Positions 53,635 to 62,587 of a stretch of 64,000 nucleotides of DNA are shown piece by piece. The DNA comes from a virus (Duplodnaviria > Heunggongvirae > Uroviricota > Caudoviricetes). The notes under the pieces are model-generated. The model was not told the origin of the DNA, did no database searches, and saw only the letters and a list, made by a program, of their open reading frames with translations. The stretch's first letter is position 1, and every line of letters begins with the position of its first letter. The stretch covers positions 11,528-75,527 of the IMG/VR virus record IMGVR_UViG_3300028832_000129; one strand, given 5' to 3'. The translations under genes were made by a program, and so were the position numbers.

Positions 53635-54064
53635 GATAGCGGTGGACTTCGACGGGACCCTCGCCAGGAAGTCATGGCCGTCAATCGACAAGGATACCGT
53701 ATGGAACGACGTGCTGTGCGCGTGGCTCCAGAAAAGGAAGGCCATGGGCGACTACGTCATGCTGTGGACCTGCCGGGAGAACTACGGGGGAATACGTTTC
53801 CCTGACCACGAATACCTCAACGACGCGGTCAGGATGTGCACCAGGCACATGCTGTTCTTCGACGGGGTCAACCGGAACGTCGGCGAGGCGTTCGGGGAGT
53901 ACCTGTCCGGGACCGAGAGGTATGGCAGGAAGCTATGCGCCGACATTTACATCGACGACAGGTCGCTCCCGTTCAGCCCGGACGGCAGGTTCGCCAGGCT
54001 CTACTGGAAGGTATACCTGTGGCTGATGGACAGGAAACTGGCCAAAATGGAGAAAATCGACTAA
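53612..54064 (+). CDS. HAD-superfamily phosphatase-like protein; possibly a polynucleotide 3'-phosphatase.
   Basis: N-terminal RIAVDFDGTLARKS is the HAD motif I (DxDGT), as in the T4 Pnkp phosphatase domain. 150 aa. Confidence 0.5.
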   Translation: MEERKRARIAVDFDGTLARKSWPSIDKDTVWNDVLCAWLQKRKAMGDYVMLWTCRENYGGIRFPDHEYLNDAVRMCTRHMLFFDGVNRNVGEAFGEYLSGTERYGRKLCADIYIDDRSLPFSPDGRFARLYWKVYLWLMDRKLAKMEKID

Positions 54065-54073
54065 GAATCCTGG

Positions 54074-54099
54074 ACCCGCGCCGCACGCGCGGGTTTTTG
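54074..54099 (+). terminator. Rho-independent terminator fused to the promoter motif.
   Basis: ACCCGCGCC-gcac-GCGCGGGT plus TTTTT, running into TGCTATATTTGGC (motif at 54094-54110). Confidence 0.6.
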
Positions 54100-54152
54100 C
54101 TATATTTGGCATAACGATACAATACAATTCACGCCCTTCAGGGCGTGGGTAG

Positions 54153-54491
54153 TTGACCATATCAGTCAAGGAGTTACACATGTACGCAATCATTCGTTCC
54201 ACCACAAAGCATGGGACGCATGCGCAGGAGCGCCCCCAGATGATATGCCACGGGGACTTCAAGAGCCTCCTGGTTCCGCGCCTCTGCGAGCAGATTGAGG
54301 GTTGCCTCAAGAAGGGGGCGTCGCTCTATGCCAGTATTCCCGGCGCTGCCGAGGAGAGGATTACTCCATCCAACAATATCTACGGGGTTATCTCGGCAAT
54401 CGACCGCGGATGCGACCATATCGTCATTGATGTTCCCGGTGAATACGAGAGACAGTCGTACAGCGTGCATTTCGTAATCGAGGAACTATAG
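54153..54491 (+). CDS. Hypothetical protein, 112 aa.
   Basis: Intact ORF after the promoter motif at 54094-54110. Confidence 0.45.
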   Translation: MTISVKELHMYAIIRSTTKHGTHAQERPQMICHGDFKSLLVPRLCEQIEGCLKKGASLYASIPGAAEERITPSNNIYGVISAIDRGCDHIVIDVPGEYERQSYSVHFVIEEL

Positions 54492-54515
54492 TTCTGCAGA
54501 CACCGTCCTGCGGGA

Positions 54516-54531
54516 CTTTTGCTATATTTGC
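54516..54531 (+). promoter_or_regulatory. Phage promoter motif CTTTTGCTATATTTGC.
   Basis: Exact core. The 54571 gene starts ~40 nt downstream. Confidence 0.5.
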
Positions 54532-54570
54532 AATACAATAAGTATACCACCATACAGAAGGACATACACA

Positions 54571-55527
54571 ATGAATAACGCATACGAAGCGGCCATGACC
54601 GCACTACAGAAAGCACACCTCGATTTTGAGGCAGTGATGCGCCCGGTCTCGTTCCTCGGGGTTGATGGCGAATACCACGAAACCAAGATGTTCACTCCTG
54701 TCCGCAGCGACAACGGAACCATCATTTCCGACCACACCTTTACCAAGGCCTACCATCCCATCCAGAACAGCGACGCGTTCAAGGTCATTGCCGACATCGC
54801 CAGCGTCACCGACATCGAATTCAAGAATGTCGGGTGCTGGGGCAACGGTGCCGGCGTCTATGCCCAGATTGCCCTCGGCGACGATATGGTTGTCGGCGGC
54901 GGAGACGACCGCGTCGGCCGCTACCTGTCCGTGGTGAACTCCCATGACGGGACCCGCGGATGCACTATCCTCATTACACCGTTCCGTTTCTTCTGTCAGA
55001 ACCAGATTGCGGCCGCACTCAGTCATGCTGACAGGGACAACCTGTTCCGCGTCCGCCACAATTCCCTCGCGGAAGGCCGCCTCCGTATTCTCGGCGAAAG
55101 CCTCAAGATTGCCGAAGGCGTTTTCGTGAAGACCGCTGAAGTATACAACCGCCTTGCGGACAAGATTATCGACATGGATTTCGTCCGCGAAGGCATCGCC
55201 CGTAGCCTCCCGTTCAAGGGCGAAGAGGAGACCCCGGAAGAACCGACGACGCATTTCGAGAACATGCTCACGGGCATGATTAACCGCTTCAATTCCGCGG
55301 ACCACGGCAACGTGGAGAAGATGACCGCCTGGAACCTCTACAACGCTATCCAGGGCACCTTCCAGCACGACAGCCGCAACACCGCGAACAAGAACTTCTC
55401 TGTTCTGTGTGGCGGTATCGCCGGCAAGAGCCAGACCGCCCTCAACCATATCATCGAGATGGTTGACCGCGGGTATGAAAAGACCAGCACCACCCTGTTC
55501 GACAGGGCATTCGCACGAGTTGCATAA
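54571..55527 (+). CDS. Hypothetical protein, 318 aa (DUF932-like?).
   Basis: Contains SVVNSHDGTRG, reminiscent of the NSHDGS motif of phage/ICE DUF932 proteins. Tentative. Confidence 0.45.
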   Translation: MNNAYEAAMTALQKAHLDFEAVMRPVSFLGVDGEYHETKMFTPVRSDNGTIISDHTFTKAYHPIQNSDAFKVIADIASVTDIEFKNVGCWGNGAGVYAQIALGDDMVVGGGDDRVGRYLSVVNSHDGTRGCTILITPFRFFCQNQIAAALSHADRDNLFRVRHNSLAEGRLRILGESLKIAEGVFVKTAEVYNRLADKIIDMDFVREGIARSLPFKGEEETPEEPTTHFENMLTGMINRFNSADHGNVEKMTAWNLYNAIQGTFQHDSRNTANKNFSVLCGGIAGKSQTALNHIIEMVDRGYEKTSTTLFDRAFARVA

Positions 55528-55871
55528 TGACAAAGACAGTAAGGAACGAACGCGGCCACGAGGTGGACCGCCTCCGCAAGGAGGTGGAGCGCCTGGCCGC
55601 AGCCCTCGCCTCGGTGAAGAACCAGAAGGACGCATACGTGCTCGAGGTCCGCAAGGAGGACGGGGAAAGTTTCTCTATCACCCGCACCTACTACCACGCC
55701 AAGAAGGACGCCATGAACGACCTTTGCGTGGAGCGGGCGAAGTTCGCGGGGGACGACAAGGAGCTCATGAGCAAGGAACCGAGACAGGTCACCCGCGGCA
55801 ACACCGAACTTACAATATCGACGGAAGACCGGGTATTCCGGGGAACCGTCAGCAGGATTAAGATAATCTAG
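55527..55871 (+). CDS. Hypothetical protein, 114 aa.
   Basis: Intact ORF with a start overlapping the upstream stop. Confidence 0.45.
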   Translation: MTKTVRNERGHEVDRLRKEVERLAAALASVKNQKDAYVLEVRKEDGESFSITRTYYHAKKDAMNDLCVERAKFAGDDKELMSKEPRQVTRGNTELTISTEDRVFRGTVSRIKII

Positions 55872-55880
55872 GAGAATACA

Positions 55881-56420
55881 ATGCCAGTAGCAGTCAACCG
55901 CATACGCAAGCTCGGCACGCCGAGACTTGACCTTGAACCCGGGGCATACCCGGCACATATCGTCGGGATGGTATACCCCAAGGAAGTCAACGGCGAATGC
56001 CGCCACACGTTCGGCGAGTACCTCCTGCAGGTTCACAAGGGGGACCTGGTGTGCTATCTCGCCACCAAGCCGTTCGACGTGAGCATCAACGAGGAGAGCC
56101 CCCTCAGCAAGCTCCTGCAGGGCCTGACCGGTACGAAGAACAGCGACGAGCTGTTCAAGTGGCTTGAAGGAAATGGATACTTCGAAGACGGAGTGTTCGA
56201 CGAGCGCGACTTCATCGGCGTGCCTCTCATGGCGCATGTGGAGAGATTCTGCCGCAGGTCGGACGCGACCGCCAGGTACAACGTGGTAACCGGCTTCGCC
56301 CCAATCCCGGAATCGGCGGTGCCTACGCTGAACACGACCCGTCTCATCCCGTACAGCTTCGCCCGTCCCCACAAGTACGAACTCGTCAAGCTCGACGCGC
56401 TCTCCATCGACGAGGCGTAG
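55881..56420 (+). CDS. Hypothetical protein, 179 aa.
   Basis: GGAGAATACAATG RBS. Intact ORF. Confidence 0.45.
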   Translation: MPVAVNRIRKLGTPRLDLEPGAYPAHIVGMVYPKEVNGECRHTFGEYLLQVHKGDLVCYLATKPFDVSINEESPLSKLLQGLTGTKNSDELFKWLEGNGYFEDGVFDERDFIGVPLMAHVERFCRRSDATARYNVVTGFAPIPESAVPTLNTTRLIPYSFARPHKYELVKLDALSIDEA

Positions 56421-56438
56421 CTTTGCTATATTTGAACT
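56421..56438 (+). promoter_or_regulatory. Phage promoter motif GCTTTGCTATATTTGAAC.
   Basis: Core TGCTATATTTG 12 nt upstream of the 56450 gene. Confidence 0.5.
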
Positions 56439-56449
56439 GAGGAACTACC

Positions 56450-57202
56450 ATGCCAAACAATTCCGGTATAATACTGAACCTGATTACGGGAAAAAACGGG
56501 GCCGGCAAGAGCACGGTCTCCAAGCGACTGAGAGAGCTGGGGTATTCCGTCCTGGATACAGACGTACTGTTCAAGGACATCATCAGTAACGACACGATGG
56601 TCAGGACGGCACTGTATGCCAGGCTAGGCATGCCGGTGACTGACGATAAAGGCAACCTCTCCGGCGAGATTACATCCAAGTACATCAACGACAAGGCAAC
56701 CTACGACATGGTGTGGGCAGAAGTGTCCCACCGCATGGCAGAGGTAATCGGGTCCATCCGGGCAAGCTTTGTCGAGGTTCCCGTGCTGTACCCGTGGCTG
56801 AACGCATGGCTGGAATCCCAGGGAAGGATGCGCCAGCCGCCATGGTCGCCCGGTTCCATGGTACACCAGTTTACCGTGCGGGAGTTCCGCATCGAGGTGA
56901 GCAACGACGCCGAACGAATCGAACGACTTGTATCCGACTTCGTGAAGAAGGAAGACCTGTACCTGGGAGGAGGCGGTTCCACCATGGACCTGCTGTTCCA
57001 TTCGAGGGAAGAGATTGAACGCAACAAGAATGCGGTGACCGCATACCGAACGGTAATCAAGACCCTGGATGAACGGCAGTCCGCATGCTCGGTTGCCGAA
57101 AACAACTGCTTCACGGAAATCGAGCTCCATACATACAGGAACGACAACCCGGATTCACCGGTACTGATTGCAGAGAAGATAGTAGAGGAGATAAACGGAT
57201 GA
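56450..57202 (+). CDS. P-loop kinase, dephospho-CoA kinase (CoaE)-like.
   Basis: ILNLITGKNGAGKSTVSKRL...GYSVLDTDVL mirrors the CoaE N-terminus (GxxxxGKST...viDaD). 250 aa. Confidence 0.5.
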   Translation: MPNNSGIILNLITGKNGAGKSTVSKRLRELGYSVLDTDVLFKDIISNDTMVRTALYARLGMPVTDDKGNLSGEITSKYINDKATYDMVWAEVSHRMAEVIGSIRASFVEVPVLYPWLNAWLESQGRMRQPPWSPGSMVHQFTVREFRIEVSNDAERIERLVSDFVKKEDLYLGGGGSTMDLLFHSREEIERNKNAVTAYRTVIKTLDERQSACSVAENNCFTEIELHTYRNDNPDSPVLIAEKIVEEING

Positions 57203-57492
57203 ACCGAGAGATGGTGTTCGGCGATGCGCTGATGCAGATGTGCGACGGTATCCACCGTCCGCATTCCTTTATGTACGTAGTTGACGATAAGGTCACCTAC
57301 CGCAACATCCGCGACGCCAAGGAGCTCCTCCGCGTCGAAATCAAGAAGATGCACCGGGACGAGTTCCTGGAATACCTCGAGTCGATAGGCGCTGACTTCT
57401 GCGACATGGAGAAGGTGTACGGCGAGTACAACTCGTTTGCCAAGGCATTCGACGGAAAGTCATATTTCGCCTGGTACAATAACGACATGTAG
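57199..57492 (+). CDS. Hypothetical protein, ~97 aa.
   Basis: ATG at 57199 overlapping the upstream TGA (ATGA). Confidence 0.4.
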   Translation: MNREMVFGDALMQMCDGIHRPHSFMYVVDDKVTYRNIRDAKELLRVEIKKMHRDEFLEYLESIGADFCDMEKVYGEYNSFAKAFDGKSYFAWYNNDM

Positions 57493-57500
57493 GATATGCT

Positions 57501-58109
57501 ATGTTTGGAATAACTGGAAGAAAACCCGTCAACAAGCAGGCCCCGAAGGACGCCACCGACAAGGCCAAGGAAATACTGGCACGTGCACACGAGATGTGGA
57601 GGGAAATTTCCCCGGTGTGCACGGTGGACGCCACGAAGGACGACGAGTGGAACACCTACCTGATGTGGCGAGGCAACAAGATGGCCATGCTCACGCTCGG
57701 CGTGAACGAGGTCGCTATTACGTACAAGATGGAGATAAACCCTCCGACGATTAGGCTGTCCGGCGTGAGCATGCTCGACGAGGAGGCCGGCCAGAAGAAG
57801 TACGGGAAGTTCTGCGGCGAGGTCGCTTACGTGGAGAACATCATCAGGACGTGGCCGACCGTCCTGTCCGACACGGTCGGCAACCTGAGGCTGATGGTGG
57901 ACAAGGGCGAGTACGGACGCATAGAGTTCTGCTCCACCGAGGTGAAGTACGCCAGGATAACCCAGTATTCCGACAAGGAGAAGCACGGCAGATGGGGATA
58001 CGTAGATTCAAGAGAAATGCTGAAGTACACCCTGAAGATAACGGGTCAGATAGACAGCATCGACGACAGGAAGCTCGAGAAGGAGCTGGACAGCCTGATG
58101 GAGCTGTGA
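57501..58109 (+). CDS. Hypothetical protein, 202 aa.
   Basis: Intact ORF. Confidence 0.5.
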   Translation: MFGITGRKPVNKQAPKDATDKAKEILARAHEMWREISPVCTVDATKDDEWNTYLMWRGNKMAMLTLGVNEVAITYKMEINPPTIRLSGVSMLDEEAGQKKYGKFCGEVAYVENIIRTWPTVLSDTVGNLRLMVDKGEYGRIEFCSTEVKYARITQYSDKEKHGRWGYVDSREMLKYTLKITGQIDSIDDRKLEKELDSLMEL

Positions 58110-58381
58110 GCTGGGTAAACGGCGAGCTGGAGACGGCCGAGAAGGAACTCGAGGAACGTGCGACGCCGTTGAGGCTGCGCGACGCGAGGGCCGCAAGCGA
58201 CGACGGCTACGAGGACTACCTGACAATGGCCGAGGAACTTACGCGGTCGGTGCGGGTGGCAGTAAGCAAGGAGAAGATTAAGATACTTAGGGATTGCAAG
58301 GACATCCTAGAGGAGATTGATGGACATGATAATGGACTTGGATTCATACCTGGAGATGATGAGGGGGAGACCGTTCCCTGA
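58108..58381 (+). CDS. Hypothetical protein, ~91 aa, with a GTG start overlapping the upstream stop.
   Basis: GTGAGCTGG start inferred. Acidic coiled-coil-like sequence. Confidence 0.3.
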
Positions 58382-58613
58382 AGTCGAACGTGAACTAGTG
58401 GCAGACGGGTACGTCAGGGGCAAGGCCGTCAAGGACAGGACGAGCGGGGGCGCGAAGGTGCGCTTCTCCAAGGGCCACCACGAGGACGCCATCGTACTGG
58501 ACGTGACGCATGCCTGGGACGTGGACCATTACGGAATAGGGAAGCCCGGCAAGGTGATATCCGGGACGATAGTCGATACAGGAGCAAGGTATGACAATCT
58601 CAGAAGCTTTTGA
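58317..58613 (+). CDS. Hypothetical protein, 98 aa.
   Basis: Intact ORF overlapping its neighbours by a few codons. Confidence 0.4.
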   Translation: MMDMIMDLDSYLEMMRGRPFPEVERELVADGYVRGKAVKDRTSGGAKVRFSKGHHEDAIVLDVTHAWDVDHYGIGKPGKVISGTIVDTGARYDNLRSF

Positions 58614-58902
58614 CGAAGTGCTCGCCTCGTGCGAGGAAACGGATGAACTGAAGAACATCATGGATGCCCTCGGGGTTGCCCTTCCGGAGGACGAGTACGG
58701 GCCCGACACGTCCCTGATACAGCCGGAAATCAAGGTAATCGCCGGTATCCTCCTGGTTGACAACAAGAGCGGCGACCCGTCCCACGACGCAAAGAAGACG
58801 CTCAAGGACGCGCTGGCGAAGATATGCGACGGAAAGCCCGTGGAGGGAGTATCGGAGACCGCGATGGACGGCGAGGTGGAAAATAACCTGGACCTGTTCT
58901 AG
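58591..58902 (+). CDS. Hypothetical protein, 103 aa.
   Basis: Intact ORF. Confidence 0.4.
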   Translation: MTISEAFDEVLASCEETDELKNIMDALGVALPEDEYGPDTSLIQPEIKVIAGILLVDNKSGDPSHDAKKTLKDALAKICDGKPVEGVSETAMDGEVENNLDLF

Positions 58903-58906
58903 TGGA

Positions 58907-59365
58907 CTATTTCTTCTTGCGCCGCTGTTCCTGGTAGCGCTGCCGGTAATCGTCGCGGGAATCCCGCATGTAGTCCAGCTTGTCACTGTAGCTGTCGCGG
59001 GTCTTGTAAGCCTTCTCCTTGTCCTTTACGGCGCGGTCGAACAGCTTGCCGTACTTGGTTATCTCCCGGAGAATCGCCATGCGCATGCTGTCGATGCGGT
59101 CCATGGTAGCCCGGTCCAGACCCTGGGAGAACGACGGCGTGTAGCCGGTGGTCATCCTGTTGTTGAAGCGCTGTCTGCGGACGCCTTCCGACTCGTAGAA
59201 CTTCTCGAAGATGCCGTTCACCTTGTTGGCCAGCTCCTGCGAAGGAGTCTGCTTGCGGCCGAACAACCAGCTCAGCAGTCCCTCCTGGAGGGGCTTCCCG
59301 GAAACGGCGGCATATCCTTCGATAAGTGCCTGTTCTGTGTTGTTGTCCATGCTGTCGGTGTCCAT
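58907..59365 (-). CDS. Hypothetical protein, 152 aa, on the minus strand.
   Basis: One of few minus-strand genes. Basic RQRYQEQRRKKK C-terminus. Confidence 0.5.
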   Translation of the reverse strand: MDTDSMDNNTEQALIEGYAAVSGKPLQEGLLSWLFGRKQTPSQELANKVNGIFEKFYESEGVRRQRFNNRMTTGYTPSFSQGLDRATMDRIDSMRMAILREITKYGKLFDRAVKDKEKAYKTRDSYSDKLDYMRDSRDDYRQRYQEQRRKKK

Positions 59366-59415
59366 CTGAGTACCTTGGGGTCGGTTAACCGGTAGTTTAT
59401 GCCGCCGGAGAATCT

Positions 59416-59433
59416 ATTTTTTGCTATATTTGG
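59416..59433 (+). promoter_or_regulatory. Phage promoter motif ATTTTTTGCTATATTTGG.
   Basis: Exact motif ~30 nt upstream of the 59466 gene. Confidence 0.5.
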
Positions 59434-59465
59434 TTTAACACAATCTTTCTAAGAGGATATTCACT

Positions 59466-59696
59466 ATGAAAATCAACCTTATCAATACAGCAAAGGCCGC
59501 CGCAATCGTCACGGCCGTCGTAATCACAGTCAAGGCGGTCAAGGCCGTAGTGGCCAAGCTCAAGGCCAAGAAGGTCACCTCCGAGGATATCGAGGAAGAG
59601 TCCATCACTTCCGCCAAGATTTTCTCCGGCAACGAACGCGAGGACTGCGACTGCGGAGCCTGCGACTGCGCCGCAGAGGAAGCATTCGGCCGCTAG
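59466..59696 (+). CDS. Small protein, 76 aa, with an N-terminal hydrophobic helix and a C-terminal Cys cluster.
   Basis: AGAGGATATTCACTATG RBS. AAAIVTAVVITVKAV helix. CDCGACDC. Confidence 0.4.
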   Translation: MKINLINTAKAAAIVTAVVITVKAVKAVVAKLKAKKVTSEDIEEESITSAKIFSGNEREDCDCGACDCAAEEAFGR

Positions 59697-59778
59697 CGGG
59701 TACCTCCTGCAGTGCAGGAAACTGGACGGGACCGCTTCTGCGGTCCCTTCATGATAAACTATGCAATAAGAGGACAAT

Positions 59779-60588
59779 ATGGCTATAACCGTTATCTATT
59801 CCGACATGGGCGACGTAGACTGCGCCAGCATCCCCCTTCTCTGGAAGGACGTACCGGACGTTCACGTAATGCGCCTGGCACGCGACACCGACTACACCAA
59901 GGACGACATCAGGGAAGCAATCCGTAACGAGGACGACACCCTCATCATGTGCGGCCACGGGACTCCCCGGGGCCTCCTGGGCTACGTCTGCGAGGAGCGC
60001 GAGGAGCGCATCCCGACCGCCGGCTCCTGGGGCTACACGCCCGGCAGCAGGCAGCGCGGCAGCCTGACATCCCGTTACGGGAGCGGCAGGATGATGAGCA
60101 TGTCCGAGATGTACGCTAGGCTCAAGCACGACGAGAATCTGCCGGGTGCAATCGGCCCGATGGTCGACCGCAAGCCGGCCCCCAAGCCAGTGGACAAGCC
60201 GGCCGAGAAGCCGGAACAGAAGACCCGCATCGTGAAGTACCGCCACATGGACAACGCCGTCGACGCGTCCATGGTGAACGACATCCACGCCGAGAGGGTT
60301 ATCGCCGTATGGTGCCACGCCACCTCGTTCGCCGAGGCGCACCACCTGTACGGGTTCTGGTCCTCGATGTTCATCTCCAACAGCGGAGAGGCCCGCATGT
60401 GCGGGTACAACGGGGTGACCCAGGAGACAATCGTCGCCGAGACCTACAAGTTCTGGCGCGACGCGAACACCCTCCTGAAGAACGACGTGCCGCTCGACGA
60501 GTGGATTGACCGCCTGATGGAGATGGGCAACCTGAACTACCCGACCACCAGGTTCAACTACGAGGGGCTCCGGTACTACCCGCGCTAA
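59779..60588 (+). CDS. Hypothetical protein, 269 aa.
   Basis: Intact ORF. A terminator follows. Confidence 0.5.
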   Translation: MAITVIYSDMGDVDCASIPLLWKDVPDVHVMRLARDTDYTKDDIREAIRNEDDTLIMCGHGTPRGLLGYVCEEREERIPTAGSWGYTPGSRQRGSLTSRYGSGRMMSMSEMYARLKHDENLPGAIGPMVDRKPAPKPVDKPAEKPEQKTRIVKYRHMDNAVDASMVNDIHAERVIAVWCHATSFAEAHHLYGFWSSMFISNSGEARMCGYNGVTQETIVAETYKFWRDANTLLKNDVPLDEWIDRLMEMGNLNYPTTRFNYEGLRYYPR

Positions 60589-60612
60589 AGTAAATTGAAA
60601 GTTTACAACAAA

Positions 60613-60650
60613 ATGCCTGACGAAAGTCGGGCATTTTTGCTATATTTGGG
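60613..60650 (+). terminator. Rho-independent terminator fused to the promoter motif.
   Basis: ATGCCTGAC-gaaa-GTCGGGCAT plus TTTTT, running into TGCTATATTTGGG (motif at 60634-60650). Confidence 0.6.
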
Positions 60651-60670
60651 TTACAACCAAAGGGAAAACT

Positions 60671-61231
60671 ATGTACGAGAAGAATTCACATACCGGACTG
60701 GACCTGTTCCTGCTCATAGTAATACTGGCCGGCTCTTTCGTGATTACGCGATGCGAGAACGTCCTAGCGGACGCCGACTTGCAGAAGGTGTCGCCTACCG
60801 CCAAGTCCGACTACCTGGAGTACAACACGGAGACCTGGTTCGAGCAGAAGGTAAAGGGTGGCAACCGCATGAAGAAGGCTGTGTACGCCACGTATACCTC
60901 CATAGCGAAGGAGAACGGCATTACCGTCTATGATGCGGTGAAGGGAAGCAGGGCGAAGTTCGCGGGGCAGTTTAGGAACAGCTTCCGCAGCTTCAGTAAC
61001 TTCCTTTCGTTACCCAACGTGCAGAACGTGTACCGCACGGAAAGCTTTGGTACTCCCGCGGTAATCGTGCATTTCACCTGGGAGGAATGCAGCGGCTCCG
61101 GGGATGACCGGCACTGTCACACTGAGCACGACGAAGTTACCATCCCGGAAGTCAATCTCCCGGAACAGGAAGTGGAGCACGACGGACAGGTCGACATCGA
61201 TTACGAAGGATTCGACATGGTGGTAAATTAA
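60671..61231 (+). CDS. Hypothetical protein, 186 aa.
   Basis: Intact ORF after the promoter motif. Confidence 0.5.
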   Translation: MYEKNSHTGLDLFLLIVILAGSFVITRCENVLADADLQKVSPTAKSDYLEYNTETWFEQKVKGGNRMKKAVYATYTSIAKENGITVYDAVKGSRAKFAGQFRNSFRSFSNFLSLPNVQNVYRTESFGTPAVIVHFTWEECSGSGDDRHCHTEHDEVTIPEVNLPEQEVEHDGQVDIDYEGFDMVVN

Positions 61232-61248
61232 TTTTTACAATAAATCTA

Positions 61249-61284
61249 TTGACAACGTCCGTAGATTAGGGTATATTTGTAGTT
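61249..61284 (+). promoter_or_regulatory. Promoter: TTGACA-N17-TATATT overlapping the GGGTATATTTGTAG motif variant.
   Basis: TTGACA at 61249-61254, a 17-nt spacer, TATATTTG at 61272-61279. The 61317 gene lies downstream. Confidence 0.4.
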
Positions 61285-61316
61285 GTAAAAGAAACGATAC
61301 AACCAAGGAGTACACC

Positions 61317-62006
61317 ATGTCCTACAAGAATTTTCTCGGCCGCTTTGGCCACCGCTGGTTCACGGATTACGACCGCAAGATGGTACTTATCGACTTTTCC
61401 GCAGACGAATACGATGTCGAGGTGACGTTCACCGACGACAAGCCGGACACTCCGCTCAAGGACTGCACCGGCACGGAAACCAACGTGGACGCCATCATGA
61501 TTTACTACAAGGATGGCACCGGACGCCGTGACCCCGAGCCGTTCCGTTGGCAGGTCACCGGCGTGTTCCACTGGAGCGACTTCTCCACTACTGTCGGGGA
61601 CAGCAATCCGAGAACCTACTTCTGGAACAGGAGCAAGAACCGCAAGCTGTTCCCGCAGACGAGGAACGAACCGGTCGCTGATATCGCCAAGTACCGCCGT
61701 GCAGTACGCGAGAAGTTCGTCAACTTCCTGCACATGAACGGAATCGACGACAACAGGGAAGGCGTGCTCCGTGTGCCCGTCAACGTGTTCAACGACGACG
61801 CCAGGAAGAACCTGATGCGTTTCCTGGGCACGCTGGATATGGACGGGATACAGACCTTCGTCACGGTGCATTTCGAACGCAGCACAATCGACCAGCTTAC
61901 CCGTCTCGACACCGAGATTGAACTCGGCGACCTCGGGGAAGTACTGGAAATTGCCGAAGAACGTAACCACGGAAACACCGATGATTCTGCAGACTACGGA
62001 AATTAA
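61317..62006 (+). CDS. Hypothetical protein, 229 aa.
   Basis: CCAAGGAGTACACCATG RBS. Intact ORF. Confidence 0.5.
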   Translation: MSYKNFLGRFGHRWFTDYDRKMVLIDFSADEYDVEVTFTDDKPDTPLKDCTGTETNVDAIMIYYKDGTGRRDPEPFRWQVTGVFHWSDFSTTVGDSNPRTYFWNRSKNRKLFPQTRNEPVADIAKYRRAVREKFVNFLHMNGIDDNREGVLRVPVNVFNDDARKNLMRFLGTLDMDGIQTFVTVHFERSTIDQLTRLDTEIELGDLGEVLEIAEERNHGNTDDSADYGN

Positions 62007-62017
62007 GGAGACATATC

Positions 62018-62560
62018 ATGGGAAGGCATTTCAAGAAACGAGAATACCGGTACTGGACCGAGCCCGAAATCGAGAAGCTACGCAACGGGCAGATTCCGGA
62101 AGGCCGCACCTACGTGCAGTGCTGCGCGAAGGCGGACTTGCTCGGTTTCCCTCGCCCGGATTCCCCTACTGGACGCCACAAGTGGACGAAGGAAGACCTG
62201 GAAACCATGAAGAGCGGGAAGGTGCCGCCGGGACGCACGGCGACTGCCTGCATCACCAAGGGATACGGCCTCGGCTACCGCGTGGCGGACCTGGGGGACG
62301 GCAACCTGCAGGTGGAATCGATGCGCGACGAGACTCCGTCTGAGGTCGCGACGATGACTAAGGCCGCCCTGCTGTCCAAGATGAGGGACGAGGGGCTCAC
62401 CTACCCACAGATAGCCGAGCTCGCCGGGATTTCCAAGCAGTACGCATGCGACCTGGTGAACAGGTACCGCAGGAGCGCACGGTATGCGGCCAAGAAGGCC
62501 AAGTCCGGCAACCGGGTGGAAGACCTGGTACGGAAATTCAACGAGGCCAGGAAACGCTAG
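62018..62560 (+). CDS. Putative DNA-binding protein with two tandem ~30-aa repeats and a C-terminal helix-turn-helix.
   Basis: Repeats YWTEPEIEKLRNGQIPEGRT and KWTKEDLETMKSGKVPPGRT. HTH-like LTYPQIAELAGISKQYACDLVNRY. Confidence 0.5.
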   Translation: MGRHFKKREYRYWTEPEIEKLRNGQIPEGRTYVQCCAKADLLGFPRPDSPTGRHKWTKEDLETMKSGKVPPGRTATACITKGYGLGYRVADLGDGNLQVESMRDETPSEVATMTKAALLSKMRDEGLTYPQIAELAGISKQYACDLVNRYRRSARYAAKKAKSGNRVEDLVRKFNEARKR

Positions 62561-62587
62561 TATTGCAAAAAGAAGGCACCCTTACGG

